From the NCBI GenBank assembly GCA_964544585.1, contig CAZJBV010000004.1:5169-69168 (forward strand): DNA of 64,000 nt, written 5' to 3'. The notes below the pieces were generated by a model that saw only the letters and a list, made by a program, of their open reading frames with translations, ran no database searches and was not told where the DNA came from. Made by a program: the position numbers and the translations under genes. Below are positions 1 through 8,957 of the stretch, piece by piece; position 1 is the stretch's first letter, and every line of letters begins with the position of its first letter. Source of the stretch: an uncultured Gammaproteobacteria bacterium (lineage in GTDB: Bacteria > Patescibacteriota > Microgenomatia > 2-02-FULL-39-11).

Positions 1-294
1 ATCCCTACCGTCAAAGGTTACAACAGCACTTGAAAGTTGCCAGGTTCCGTCCCGCCCTTGACGCCTTTCGACAGGAAGCAGTAGTTTCTGAATCTCAAAA
101 GGAAAATTTTCTTTCTCCAATAATCCAACCGCTAATTTCCCCAAGTTTGTCTCTAATGCGTTTTGGAAATCAGGTGTTCGGATAAAATCAAAACTACCTT
201 CCCGTTTCGGTCTTCCACTACCAGCAGAAGTAATATCCACCTGAAATTGTTGAATATGCTGAGCTACATCTCTTTCTTGAATTTGTCCTGCCAT
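1..294 (-). CDS. Hypothetical protein, N-terminal part only (runs off window start); MAGQIQERDVAQ...
   Basis: Open reading frame on minus strand with ATG at 292-294 and no stop before the window edge; not in the ORF track because it is incomplete. Function not recognised. Confidence 0.25.
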   Translation of the reverse strand, partial: MAGQIQERDVAQHIQQFQVDITSAGSGRPKREGSFDFIRTPDFQNALETNLGKLAVGLLEKENFPFEIQKLLLPVERRQGRDGTWQLSSAVVTFDGRD

Positions 295-298
295 ATGG

Positions 299-326
299 TA
301 AAAAAAGCGTCCTATTTAGGACGCTG
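299..326 (-). terminator. Hairpin AGCGTCCTA-TTT-TAGGACGCT followed on the minus strand by a T7 run; rho-independent terminator-like
   Basis: Perfect 8-9 bp inverted repeat at 306-325 with an A/T run on its distal side. It lies ~190 bp downstream of the 513..2009(-) gene but also directly abuts the putative start of the 1..294(-) ORF, so its role is ambiguous. Confidence 0.3.
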
Positions 327-512
327 TCAAAAATTTATCCCGAATACTCGGGAAAATAAATAATTTAAATTTAAAGGCAGAGTATTTCATACTTGACTAT
401 ATTATATTGTATCATACTATATTTCATTTTGTCAACACTATAGGATAACATCCTGGATATCTGACTTCGACCGTAAGTATATCATATTACTTCAATGACA
501 ACAAGTTCGTAA

Positions 513-2009
513 TCATTTTGAAAGAATAAATCCATCAAGCATAGGACGAGTATAAGTACCTTCTACATACTGTCTCTCACCATCTGGAAGCGTATCTATT
601 CTTTTATTGACTACATAGTTTGTGTTAGTTTTTTTTAAACCTTCTGCAAGCGACGGCTTATATGGCAAAATCCTCCAATATTGCCCAAACGGTACACAGC
701 AATAGTAGTATGGATCTCTAAACTTTAATGCATAACCTGAAAGATCAAACACAAAACTCCCCGCGGGAATTTCTGCCTCGATTCGTACTATCTGCTCAAG
801 TTCATTTATATTAGTCCAGACGGCCTTTGGCAAGTTAGTTCTTTGTGCAGAGTAGAAAATTATTGCTAATATAACTAGATTAAACGCAATACCCAAAAAC
901 TTTGCCCTCCTCTGTAAAAATTCACCCGCAGAATTTATAAAATCAGCAAAGAATAGCGACACAAAAGGCACCAATGGCACCAGATACTGTGAATGTTTTA
1001 AAGGAAAAACGTACATAAATCCGTACAAATTAAAGAAAAAAGAGGATGCCAATAAAAGAACTGCCGCCTGCTTCTTAAAGCCATCTTCTGCTAAAAATCC
1101 CACCATTCGGAAAATCGCAAAAATCGACCCTGTTATCCAAATAAATAAATTTACATAATATTGAAAATTCATCCCACCCTCACCGTAAAATGTCTGATTC
1201 GGCCAGAAAAAATGAGTCGGGAACATATAAAACGAATGGTTGTAAATAGTCACAAGCTCAAGCGATGCATCCGATGCTATCTTCGTCATAAGGGAAAAGG
1301 CATACACAGGATTCCCGCTTGATACTGCAAAAAGAATAATACCCAAAACAGGAATCAAAAGCCCCAATGTCCATACCCCAAAAAACCTCAGTATTTGCTT
1401 CCATTCCTTTTTTTTAGTCAAATACCAAAAGCCAAACATCAAAAGGGCGGGAGGTATAAAAAAAATTGTTTTGGGGATTATCCCAAAACTAATTCCATAA
1501 AATAAACCAGATAAAAACAAAAACAAGTTCCGCAAGGCGAGACCCTGAGAAGCTAAAATGAGGAAAAATATCCCAACAAATGCTACTGCAGTTGCTGGAA
1601 GATCCGGTCGTATCTCTATCATTTTGTCATATGGAATTGGAATAAATGAAAGAAGAATAATAGCCAGAAGCCCCACCCAACTATTCCTTACTATTCGCCC
1701 AAAAAGAAAAACAACGGCAAGAAGTATTAAAAAAAATACAAATATTACTACTCGCGCTTCTGTAACTACCGTAACTGTCTCACCAAAAACTCTCCATAAA
1801 AATGAAAGAAGAAACAAAAAATAGGGCGGGAAAATATAAAAAAAATCCGTATACGGCATTTGTCCCGCAAAATAATTATGACCCCAATGTAGATGTGCCA
1901 ACTCATCCGCATCAAAATACCTAGTTAATCCAAACCTCAACCTCCAATAAAGAAAGTACACCAAAAGAACAGATCCAAACGCGAAAACTAATTTTTGTAA
2001 TAGCCGCAC
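513..2009 (-). CDS. Polytopic membrane protein, putative GT-C glycosyltransferase (ArnT/PMT_2-like; first-loop motif YFDADELAHLHW)
   Basis: ~12 predicted hydrophobic helices. The acidic DADE motif in the first extracytoplasmic loop resembles the ArnT 'PDETRY' motif. Confidence 0.5.
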   Translation of the reverse strand: MRLLQKLVFAFGSVLLVYFLYWRLRFGLTRYFDADELAHLHWGHNYFAGQMPYTDFFYIFPPYFLFLLSFLWRVFGETVTVVTEARVVIFVFFLILLAVVFLFGRIVRNSWVGLLAIILLSFIPIPYDKMIEIRPDLPATAVAFVGIFFLILASQGLALRNLFLFLSGLFYGISFGIIPKTIFFIPPALLMFGFWYLTKKKEWKQILRFFGVWTLGLLIPVLGIILFAVSSGNPVYAFSLMTKIASDASLELVTIYNHSFYMFPTHFFWPNQTFYGEGGMNFQYYVNLFIWITGSIFAIFRMVGFLAEDGFKKQAAVLLLASSFFFNLYGFMYVFPLKHSQYLVPLVPFVSLFFADFINSAGEFLQRRAKFLGIAFNLVILAIIFYSAQRTNLPKAVWTNINELEQIVRIEAEIPAGSFVFDLSGYALKFRDPYYYCCVPFGQYWRILPYKPSLAEGLKKTNTNYVVNKRIDTLPDGERQYVEGTYTRPMLDGFILSK

Positions 2010-2045
2010 ATTTGTGATTATACAAGAAATTGTTAGACTTAATGT

Positions 2046-3569
2046 ATGGACTTCACGACTCGTTTCTACATCCTCACTACACTCATCATCTTCTTTGCCA
2101 TCATCATCCGCATCTTACCTCTATTAAACAACAACTTTTACTTCACCATGGACCAAGGCTACGACGCCGTCAATGCCAGAGAAATTCTCCGAAGCAAAAA
2201 AATAATCTTAACCGGTCCAGAAACAAATGTAAAAAATATCTTTGCAGGCCCAGGTTGGTTTTATTTACTCTCCCTTGGTCTTGGCCTTTTTGCTGGCCAT
2301 CCTGCTGGAGGAATAATCCCATTGATCTCTCTTAACATCATTCTCACTTTAATTTTAATAATAATAGTATCCCATAAAGTCTCACCCCTCTGGGGTCTAC
2401 TAATAGGTTTGAGCCTACAAATTTACTGGTGGTTTTATGACACCTCACGGTATGCCTTCAATCCTTTCCCCAATGTATTCTTGACAGCCTTAACAATTCT
2501 GCTTCTTGCGGGAGAAACAGAAAAGAAAAAAGAACTTTTCATTATCTCAGCAATCCCAGTTGGTCTAGCTTTCCATTTTGAAGTAGCATTTACCGTCGTT
2601 TTAGGCTTGTTCTATTTAACTGTTGGAACCATTTTTTTACTCAGAAAATCAATACGGTTTCCTGACCTAATTTTTGGCCTATCTATGATAGTAGTTGTCA
2701 ATACGCCATTTATTCTCTATGAATTGAAAACCAATTTTTCTCAAATTAAAGCTTTTTCCAATCATATGTTTGCCGAAGGCGGTACATTTTCCCAAACTCA
2801 AGAAAGAATTATCATCAACGAATACAAAGAAATTGCCGGCCAATCGATCTTTCCTCAGCATTCAATCCTTGGTACAGGATTACTCCTTCTCTTAATTGTT
2901 AGCTACATTCGTCAAAAAGACACAAATGCATGGAGAAAAAGAATCGTTTTCTTTACTCTTTTACTAATTATTATTTCCTTCCTTTTTTTTCTCACCAACT
3001 CAGGCTGGAGACAGTGGCATACAGCACCAATTCCAGTAGTTATATTTTTTAGTATTCTTCTCATCTTCTCTACATTCTCATCAAAAACTTCCATTATCGC
3101 AACTCTAATCATATTTATTCTCCAAAGTATTTTCTTCTTCAATAGATATAAAGAATACCTTTATGTAAAATCGGATTCCGGTATTTTAAAAAACCAAATC
3201 GCGGCCATCGACTGGATATATAAAGAGTCAAAATTACAGGGTTTTTATGTCTATCATTATGTCCCCTCAGTATACGATTACAATTTTCAGTACACCATAT
3301 TTTGGCATGGTAAAAATGCATATGGATATGTTCCTTGTGAATACGCTACAAATCCAGGCGCACCGGAAGATCTCATTATTCCCGGTTGGTCTTATTACCA
3401 ACATCCCAAAAAGAAGTGTACGCCCCTTAGATTTCTTATTATGGAAAAGGACATAAATGGAGCAATCGATCAAAAATGGTACGCTGAAGTTATAAAAAAT
3501 ACCGATCTTTTAAAAACAGCAAAATTCGGCGATCTACTTGCGGAAAAAAGAATTATTAAAAATAATTGA
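2046..3569 (+). CDS. Polytopic membrane protein, putative GT-C-type glycosyltransferase
   Basis: 507 aa, multiple TM helices, DQGYDAVNARE motif after TM1, C-terminal soluble domain. Confidence 0.4.
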   Translation: MDFTTRFYILTTLIIFFAIIIRILPLLNNNFYFTMDQGYDAVNAREILRSKKIILTGPETNVKNIFAGPGWFYLLSLGLGLFAGHPAGGIIPLISLNIILTLILIIIVSHKVSPLWGLLIGLSLQIYWWFYDTSRYAFNPFPNVFLTALTILLLAGETEKKKELFIISAIPVGLAFHFEVAFTVVLGLFYLTVGTIFLLRKSIRFPDLIFGLSMIVVVNTPFILYELKTNFSQIKAFSNHMFAEGGTFSQTQERIIINEYKEIAGQSIFPQHSILGTGLLLLLIVSYIRQKDTNAWRKRIVFFTLLLIIISFLFFLTNSGWRQWHTAPIPVVIFFSILLIFSTFSSKTSIIATLIIFILQSIFFFNRYKEYLYVKSDSGILKNQIAAIDWIYKESKLQGFYVYHYVPSVYDYNFQYTIFWHGKNAYGYVPCEYATNPGAPEDLIIPGWSYYQHPKKKCTPLRFLIMEKDINGAIDQKWYAEVIKNTDLLKTAKFGDLLAEKRIIKNN

Positions 3570-3577
3570 TCCCAAAC

Positions 3578-4156
3578 TTATTCCACTTTGTATATGTAAT
3601 AATTCATCTTCTCTCCTCTAAAATTAAAACTTTTCTCCAAATTACAACCCATTTTTTTATAAAAAAAATTTGCTCCTATATCTTTTTCGTATGTACTCAC
3701 CCGAAAATATTTTATTCCTTTTTTCCTAAATTCTCTTTTTACTTTTTGAAATATTTTTTTTCCCCAACCCTTTCTTTGATGTGATGAATCAACAGCCATA
3801 GAAAGTAGTTCTGCTCCACCATTAGAAAATCCGGAATAAGAAAGTGTTTCCCAAATTTTACCTATGCTCGTAGGATGTAAAAATAAATGCTCAATTAGAG
3901 CCTTAAAAATTCCCCAAAAATTATTTCTTATTACCCGCAAATGCAATCTTTCTATTTCATCTGTTAACGAAACAAAACCTACTATTCTATCGTTATTTTT
4001 TGCCACAAATACAAATATACCTGGGGTCTTTAATAGTGATTTTGAATATTCATAAAGAAATTTTTTCCCTAATTTACTTAAGAGACCAGATGAAAGTTCC
4101 TTATATCTTATATTTACTACCTCATCTATATCTTCGTATTTAAAGGGCACAATCAT
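3578..4156 (-). CDS. GNAT family N-acetyltransferase (WecD-like sugar N-acetyltransferase candidate)
   Basis: Acetyl-CoA binding motif HQRKGWGKKIF (R/Q-x-x-G-x-G/A); size 192 aa. Confidence 0.6.
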   Translation of the reverse strand: MIVPFKYEDIDEVVNIRYKELSSGLLSKLGKKFLYEYSKSLLKTPGIFVFVAKNNDRIVGFVSLTDEIERLHLRVIRNNFWGIFKALIEHLFLHPTSIGKIWETLSYSGFSNGGAELLSMAVDSSHQRKGWGKKIFQKVKREFRKKGIKYFRVSTYEKDIGANFFYKKMGCNLEKSFNFRGEKMNYYIYKVE

Positions 4157-5427
4157 ACAAAATATTTAAACTTTATAATCGTTTTTACTATTTGACAAAT
4201 CCCATATCCCGCAAATAAAAAAACAATGGGATACACTGGCAATGTATAACGCTCTGCCCCCACCGAGAAAAGATGTATAAATGTTGTATAGATAAGAAGA
4301 TACATACACAAAAAATAAAACCGATAATCTACCTCTTTTTTACTTTTATATAGACCAAATCCGCAAAGAAAAATAATTATTAAATTTGACCAATATATAA
4401 ATGATAAAAGGAGTTTATTTTCTAACGTGTAATAAGGAAAAATTTGATATTTCTCCCAGATATATTTCATCTTCCGAAGGCGACTCAACAAAAACTCTCC
4501 AGGATCATTTTTGACCTTTTCCATACTTAGCTTTAAATATTTTGTATCCAAATCATACTTAGTCACATCTCTCCATTTATTTCCATACTCAAAATACATA
4601 TTGTTTAACTCAGGCGGATAAGCGGTAGTCTTTAAAAGATCGTCCGTGTAAAGTGAGGCATAAAATTCCTTTACTGCTAAATTATCAATTGTCACCAAAG
4701 ATATTTTTCTGTACACTTTAAAATTTGCGATTAGGCTGTACAAAAAGGGAATTATAAAAAGCAAACCCCCAAAAAAATATATAAAAAACTTTTTATTAGT
4801 CCTCTTTTTTCTCATAATTAAAAATGCAATAAAAATAATCGAAAGTGAAAAATACAAAAAACCTGGCCTCACTTGAGGAAGAAAACCTGCAAATAAAGCC
4901 AATAAAAAAAGACTCCTTTTTTCCTCAAGTTTAATAAATAATAAATAAAGAGTTACCAATAAAGTCAGAAAAAAAATGGCATAAATCTCGCTCAAACGTA
5001 CTCCCACATATGCCGCCGTAAAAGGATTGAATAAATATAATATAAACCCTAACCAAGCCACCAATTTATTCCCAAAAATGCGCCAGCCAATATAAAATAT
5101 CATCAGTGATACCAGGGCATCCAAAACTGCTTGTAAATAAATCCAAACAATCGTATTTTCTGTTCCAAAAATTGAATAGATCATTGCAAGAACTATCGGA
5201 AAACCATATTGCCTATATGGATGAGCTGCAATAAAAAACGGAGAATCTTTTATTTTAACGGCTAACTCATGATATTCTGTCTGATCCAATATGAAAGACT
5301 GGGGGGAAAAATACGCTAGTAAAAGGCGAAAGATTATGCCTCCCAAAAATAAAAAAACTATTAAAAATATAGAAAATATTTGCCTTGGCATAAGATCAAT
5401 CATAGAAATCCACCACACTCTTTGCAA
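4153..5427 (-). CDS. ArnT/PMT_2-like GT-C glycosyltransferase (first-loop motif ILDQTEYHELA)
   Basis: 424 aa polytopic membrane protein. It is a paralog of 33959..35215, 35212..36444 and the N-terminus of 10853..12487. Confidence 0.5.
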   Translation of the reverse strand: MQRVWWISMIDLMPRQIFSIFLIVFLFLGGIIFRLLLAYFSPQSFILDQTEYHELAVKIKDSPFFIAAHPYRQYGFPIVLAMIYSIFGTENTIVWIYLQAVLDALVSLMIFYIGWRIFGNKLVAWLGFILYLFNPFTAAYVGVRLSEIYAIFFLTLLVTLYLLFIKLEEKRSLFLLALFAGFLPQVRPGFLYFSLSIIFIAFLIMRKKRTNKKFFIYFFGGLLFIIPFLYSLIANFKVYRKISLVTIDNLAVKEFYASLYTDDLLKTTAYPPELNNMYFEYGNKWRDVTKYDLDTKYLKLSMEKVKNDPGEFLLSRLRKMKYIWEKYQIFPYYTLENKLLLSFIYWSNLIIIFLCGFGLYKSKKEVDYRFYFLCMYLLIYTTFIHLFSVGAERYTLPVYPIVFLFAGYGICQIVKTIIKFKYFV

Positions 5428-6508
5428 TCTGTAAAACTTCTTTATTTGTCATTTCAGGATAAAGAGGCAAAGAAAGTATCTCTTGCGATGCCCTTTCTGC
5501 CTCGGGAAAATCTCCCTTTTTGTATCTCAAATTTTTAAACGATGACACTAAGTGTATCGGCACTGGATAATGTATCGCCGTCTGTATCCCCTTCCTATCC
5601 AGATACTCTTTCAACTCATCTCTCTTTTTTGTCCTAATCACAAACAAATGATAAACATGCTTAGAATAAGAAGATTCAAAAGGCAATATTATTTGATATT
5701 TGATATTTGATATTTGATATTTGATATTCTCTGATATCTCTCTTCTCCTCTCAATCCATCTATCCAAATATTTCAATTTCACCAAGAGAAATGCCGCCTG
5801 TAATTCGTCAAGCCTTGAATTCTTCCCCACCAAAACACTTTTATATCTTTCTTTCTCACCATACATTCTCAAAAGTCTTAGTTTTTCATAAAGCCTTGTA
5901 TCATTCGTCACCACCATTCCCCCGTCACCAAATGCACCCAAATTCTTGGTCGGATAAAATGAGAAACAACCTATATCTCCAAAAGATCCAACTTTTTTTC
6001 CATTTATTTCAGCCCCTACTGCTTGAGCACAATCTTCCACCACAGGAATACTCCATTTTCTCGCTATCGCTAAAATTTGGTTCATCTCGGCAGGATTTCC
6101 ATACAAATGTACCGGTATTATTGCTTTTGTTTTTTTATTTATCGCCCTTTCCAATTTCGTTGGATCAATATTGTAAGTTTTTCGATCTATATCCACCAAA
6201 ACTAGTTTTGCACCAGTTGCTGCTAAACCAAATGCACTAGGATAACTATTTGCAGGCATTATGACTTCGTCTCCTTCCCCTATCCCTAATGCTAAAAGTG
6301 ATAGAGTCAAAGCATCCGTCCCCGACGCCACTCCCAACGCGTATTTGACTCCTATGTATTCGGCAAATTTCTTCTCAAACTCTTCTACTTTTTCACCGAG
6401 AATAAATAGTCCTTGCCGCAAAACATCCTGAAAAATCTCTATATATTCTCTCTCAAGTTCTTTATTTTGCCTTTTTAAATCAAAAACAGGAATCATATTG
6501 ACTATCAT
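5396..6508 (-). CDS. DegT/DnrJ/EryC1/StrS family PLP-dependent sugar aminotransferase
   Basis: Family-typical blocks GVASGTDALTLSL, AIIPVHLYGNPAEM, VVEDCAQAVGAE, GDIGCFSFYPTKNLGAFGDGGMVVTND. The true start may be the internal MIPVFDLK (6496). Confidence 0.85.
   Translation of the reverse strand: MIVNMIPVFDLKRQNKELEREYIEIFQDVLRQGLFILGEKVEEFEKKFAEYIGVKYALGVASGTDALTLSLLALGIGEGDEVIMPANSYPSAFGLAATGAKLVLVDIDRKTYNIDPTKLERAINKKTKAIIPVHLYGNPAEMNQILAIARKWSIPVVEDCAQAVGAEINGKKVGSFGDIGCFSFYPTKNLGAFGDGGMVVTNDTRLYEKLRLLRMYGEKERYKSVLVGKNSRLDELQAAFLLVKLKYLDRWIERRREISENIKYQISNIKYQIILPFESSYSKHVYHLFVIRTKKRDELKEYLDRKGIQTAIHYPVPIHLVSSFKNLRYKKGDFPEAERASQEILSLPLYPEMTNKEVLQIAKSVVDFYD
5691..5735. repeat. Heptanucleotide tandem repeat (ATTTGAT)x5.4 plus variant unit, inside the DegT CDS
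   Basis: Read directly: atttgat x5 + att + ctctgat. It translates as a repeated ISNIKYQ peptide and the current copy number keeps the frame. Confidence 0.85.
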
Positions 6509-6637
6509 TTTTCCTTATATTACAACATTAGAACTAATATCGAAATCCACTTTCGTCACGAAAGACTTCAGGTTCGAGAGAAACTGGTGAGAATCGACGA
6601 CGGAGTATATGGCAATATACTTCTAGGAGATTCGAAC

Positions 6638-6657
6638 CCTGCCTGCCGGCAGGCAGG
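6638..6657. repeat. GC-rich 20-bp perfect palindrome CCTGCCTGCCGGCAGGCAGG (copy 1), abutting T-arm-like GATTCGAACC
   Basis: Perfect palindrome in a 197-bp divergent intergenic region. The identical 20-mer recurs at 59803-59822. Confidence 0.85.
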
Positions 6658-6705
6658 CAGTTGCAGCCGAATCCTGAAGGCTTGCAGTAGAAAGGGGATT
6701 TTGAT

Positions 6706-8007
6706 ATGAGTTCTTATACGTTGAAAAACTACCTCAAATTATCTCCTTTTATCATACTCATGGCTGCCTTGGCCATCCGTATATTATTTTTTCTCTCTAC
6801 TCCAAACTACACCCTCCATCCAGATACTTTTGGTTATTTTGAAGTTGGAGATGATATCTTAAAATTTCCCGCAAAATATTTCTTCAATGAAAGGCGGACA
6901 CCTGTCTATCCACTATTTGTCAGTATTATTAAAGTAGCTACCCCAGACGCGATTTACTTCTGGATAATATTTATCCAAACCCTTTTAGGATTACTCACTC
7001 TTTACATCCTCTATAAAATCATGTCCCTTTTAAATACATCCCCAAAGTTTAAATTATTTTTACTCCTTTTCTTCTCTCTAAATCCCCTCATCTTTGCCTG
7101 GGAACAAGTACTCCTCACAGAATCACTTTCTATATTTTTACTTACGCTATCTTCCTACATTCTACTTCTTTTTATAAAAAAGCCAGATTTTTATCATCTC
7201 CTTCTTCTTTCTTTATCCTCAATTTTTCTATTTCTATTAAAACCCATATTTTCCTATTTTCCCATCATATCGGCCATATCAATTCTTCTTTATAAACCGA
7301 CAAAACAGAAATTAGTTTCGGGAATAATTTTTCTTACTATTTTCATTTTAGTTTTGATTACATATATCAATCACAATAAAACATATTTTTCTTATTCTGG
7401 CATAAATAGGACTACTGATATTAATCTTCTCGGTATGATAATCAAATTTAATTTAGATACCGAAAAAGCTAAAAATATCGGCGGTTTCCATCAAAAACTT
7501 ACGGAATATAAAAAAATAAATATTGAGCCTCAACCATACCGTTTCCTTGAATATTATGATCCGCAAATTTATGCCAAAAATGAAATATTCCAAAATCTGC
7601 AACAATTCAATAAGGAGGTGCTTCTTAGTAATCTACCTATTTATATCAAAAAATCTCTTTTACAATATTCGGAAGCCACTCTTGAGATAAGTCATACCAT
7701 TCCCAAGCCAAAAGATGAATCGATTTTCCGTCCGTTTTTCATCATTTTGGAAAATATCGCCGCAAAAACACTTTTTATAAACTTCCTCACATTTCCATTA
7801 TTAATCTTTTCCCTCTACCGCTTTTTAAAAATAAAATCTCTAAAAAACTTTGCCATATTTACAATCGGTGTAATATGCACCCTCCATATCCTCACTTCCA
7901 TCTTTTTTTCCTACAATGAATTTGGTCGCCTCATTACTCCCACCCTTCCCCTTCTCTATCTTTTTAATTTTTATTCACTCCAATATCTTTTTTTATTTCT
8001 TTTATAA
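6706..8007 (+). CDS. Polytopic membrane protein, putative GT-C-type glycosyltransferase
   Basis: 433 aa, >10 hydrophobic helices, HPDTFGYFEVGDD acidic first-loop motif. Confidence 0.4.
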   Translation: MSSYTLKNYLKLSPFIILMAALAIRILFFLSTPNYTLHPDTFGYFEVGDDILKFPAKYFFNERRTPVYPLFVSIIKVATPDAIYFWIIFIQTLLGLLTLYILYKIMSLLNTSPKFKLFLLLFFSLNPLIFAWEQVLLTESLSIFLLTLSSYILLLFIKKPDFYHLLLLSLSSIFLFLLKPIFSYFPIISAISILLYKPTKQKLVSGIIFLTIFILVLITYINHNKTYFSYSGINRTTDINLLGMIIKFNLDTEKAKNIGGFHQKLTEYKKINIEPQPYRFLEYYDPQIYAKNEIFQNLQQFNKEVLLSNLPIYIKKSLLQYSEATLEISHTIPKPKDESIFRPFFIILENIAAKTLFINFLTFPLLIFSLYRFLKIKSLKNFAIFTIGVICTLHILTSIFFSYNEFGRLITPTLPLLYLFNFYSLQYLFLFLL

Positions 8008-8951
8008 AACTCAATCGTCTGTCTAATTCCTTCTCCTAATGAAACTTTTGGCTTCCAACCAAAAGTCTTGGTCATTTTAGAATAATCCGCTATATAGTCT
8101 CCTATTTCTATATCTTTTCTATCTTTAGGGAAAGGGACCTTTTTATACGCTCCTTTTCCTAGTATTTTTATTACCTTTTTGACAAAATCTTCCAAAGAAA
8201 CAGGTTTCCCTCCTAAATTGTAAGCTTCTCCCCATCCCTTCAAGCTTCTTCCTACCATTAAAAGTGCCTCCACCACATCATCTATATAATTCACATCTCT
8301 TATTTGCTTTCCGCTGCCGTATAGAGTCACTTTTTGCCCGTCCATAATCTGCCTTATAAACCAGTTTAATACCCCTTGCCTCGGATGTTTCATTTGATGC
8401 CGAGGTCCATAAGTATTGGTCATCCGCAAGGATATTGTCGGTATTCCATACACACTTGTATACATTAAATGATATTTTTCGGCTGCGATATTATTGATTC
8501 CATTAATATCCGTTGGCTCCATCGGATGATCCTCAGTCACTGGCAAAAATTTAGCTTTTCCATATTGATTCCTCGTCCCTGCAAATATAATCCTAGTTTT
8601 TGGATTGTATTTTCTCACCGATTCCAAAAGCGACAATTGTGCACGGCAATTTATCTCGAGATCAGTCATCGGATCATTCATACTATCGATATGAGACAAA
8701 GTTCCAGCCAAATTAAAAATGATATCCTTCCCCCTCACCAGTCGATCGATAAGATCCTTATCTCTCACATCACCCTTCACCCACCTCACTTTATCTTTAA
8801 TAGCGTCTATATTAAAAAGATTCCCGCCATATGAAGAAATCAAGGCATCAATCAAAGTAACCCTTGCTCCACTTTCGACCAATCTAATTGCCAAGCTACT
8901 TCCTATAAACCCCAAACCCCCCGTGATTAAAATTCGTGTATTCTTATACAT
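7971..8951 (-). CDS. NAD-dependent epimerase/dehydratase (extended SDR; UDP-sugar 4-epimerase/decarboxylase-like)
   Basis: N-terminal Rossmann ILITGGLGFIGSSLA, catalytic YGxxK (YGKAK), 326 aa. Confidence 0.8.
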   Translation of the reverse strand: MYKNTRILITGGLGFIGSSLAIRLVESGARVTLIDALISSYGGNLFNIDAIKDKVRWVKGDVRDKDLIDRLVRGKDIIFNLAGTLSHIDSMNDPMTDLEINCRAQLSLLESVRKYNPKTRIIFAGTRNQYGKAKFLPVTEDHPMEPTDINGINNIAAEKYHLMYTSVYGIPTISLRMTNTYGPRHQMKHPRQGVLNWFIRQIMDGQKVTLYGSGKQIRDVNYIDDVVEALLMVGRSLKGWGEAYNLGGKPVSLEDFVKKVIKILGKGAYKKVPFPKDRKDIEIGDYIADYSKMTKTFGWKPKVSLGEGIRQTIEFYKRNKKRYWSE

Positions 8952-8957
8952 AATACG

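Noticed and set aside
163-363. 66-aa + strand ORF in the left intergenic region
   Set aside because: It lies antisense to a better (though partial) minus-strand ORF and has no recognisable domain, so it is probably spurious.
421-436. Promoter-like TTGACT...TGTATCATAC shared with the brnT promoter (21725-21738)
   Set aside because: The -35/-10 spacing at 410-436 is only ~11 bp, so it is not a functional sigma70 promoter as arranged. It is likely a chance similarity or relic, and no downstream plus-strand gene exists.
1558-1824. Small ORFs antisense to large membrane-protein genes (e.g. 1558..1824 and many others in the track under 120 aa)
   Set aside because: Embedded in the opposite strand of long, well-supported CDS. 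Lys/Asn/Ile-rich compositions are typical of AT-rich antisense frames.
6540-6640. Possible complete tRNA gene in the 6509-6705 intergenic region
   Set aside because: Only a T-arm-like GGTTCGAATC fragment is present. No acceptor or anticodon arms could be folded, so it is treated as a tRNA-like remnant adjacent to the palindrome.
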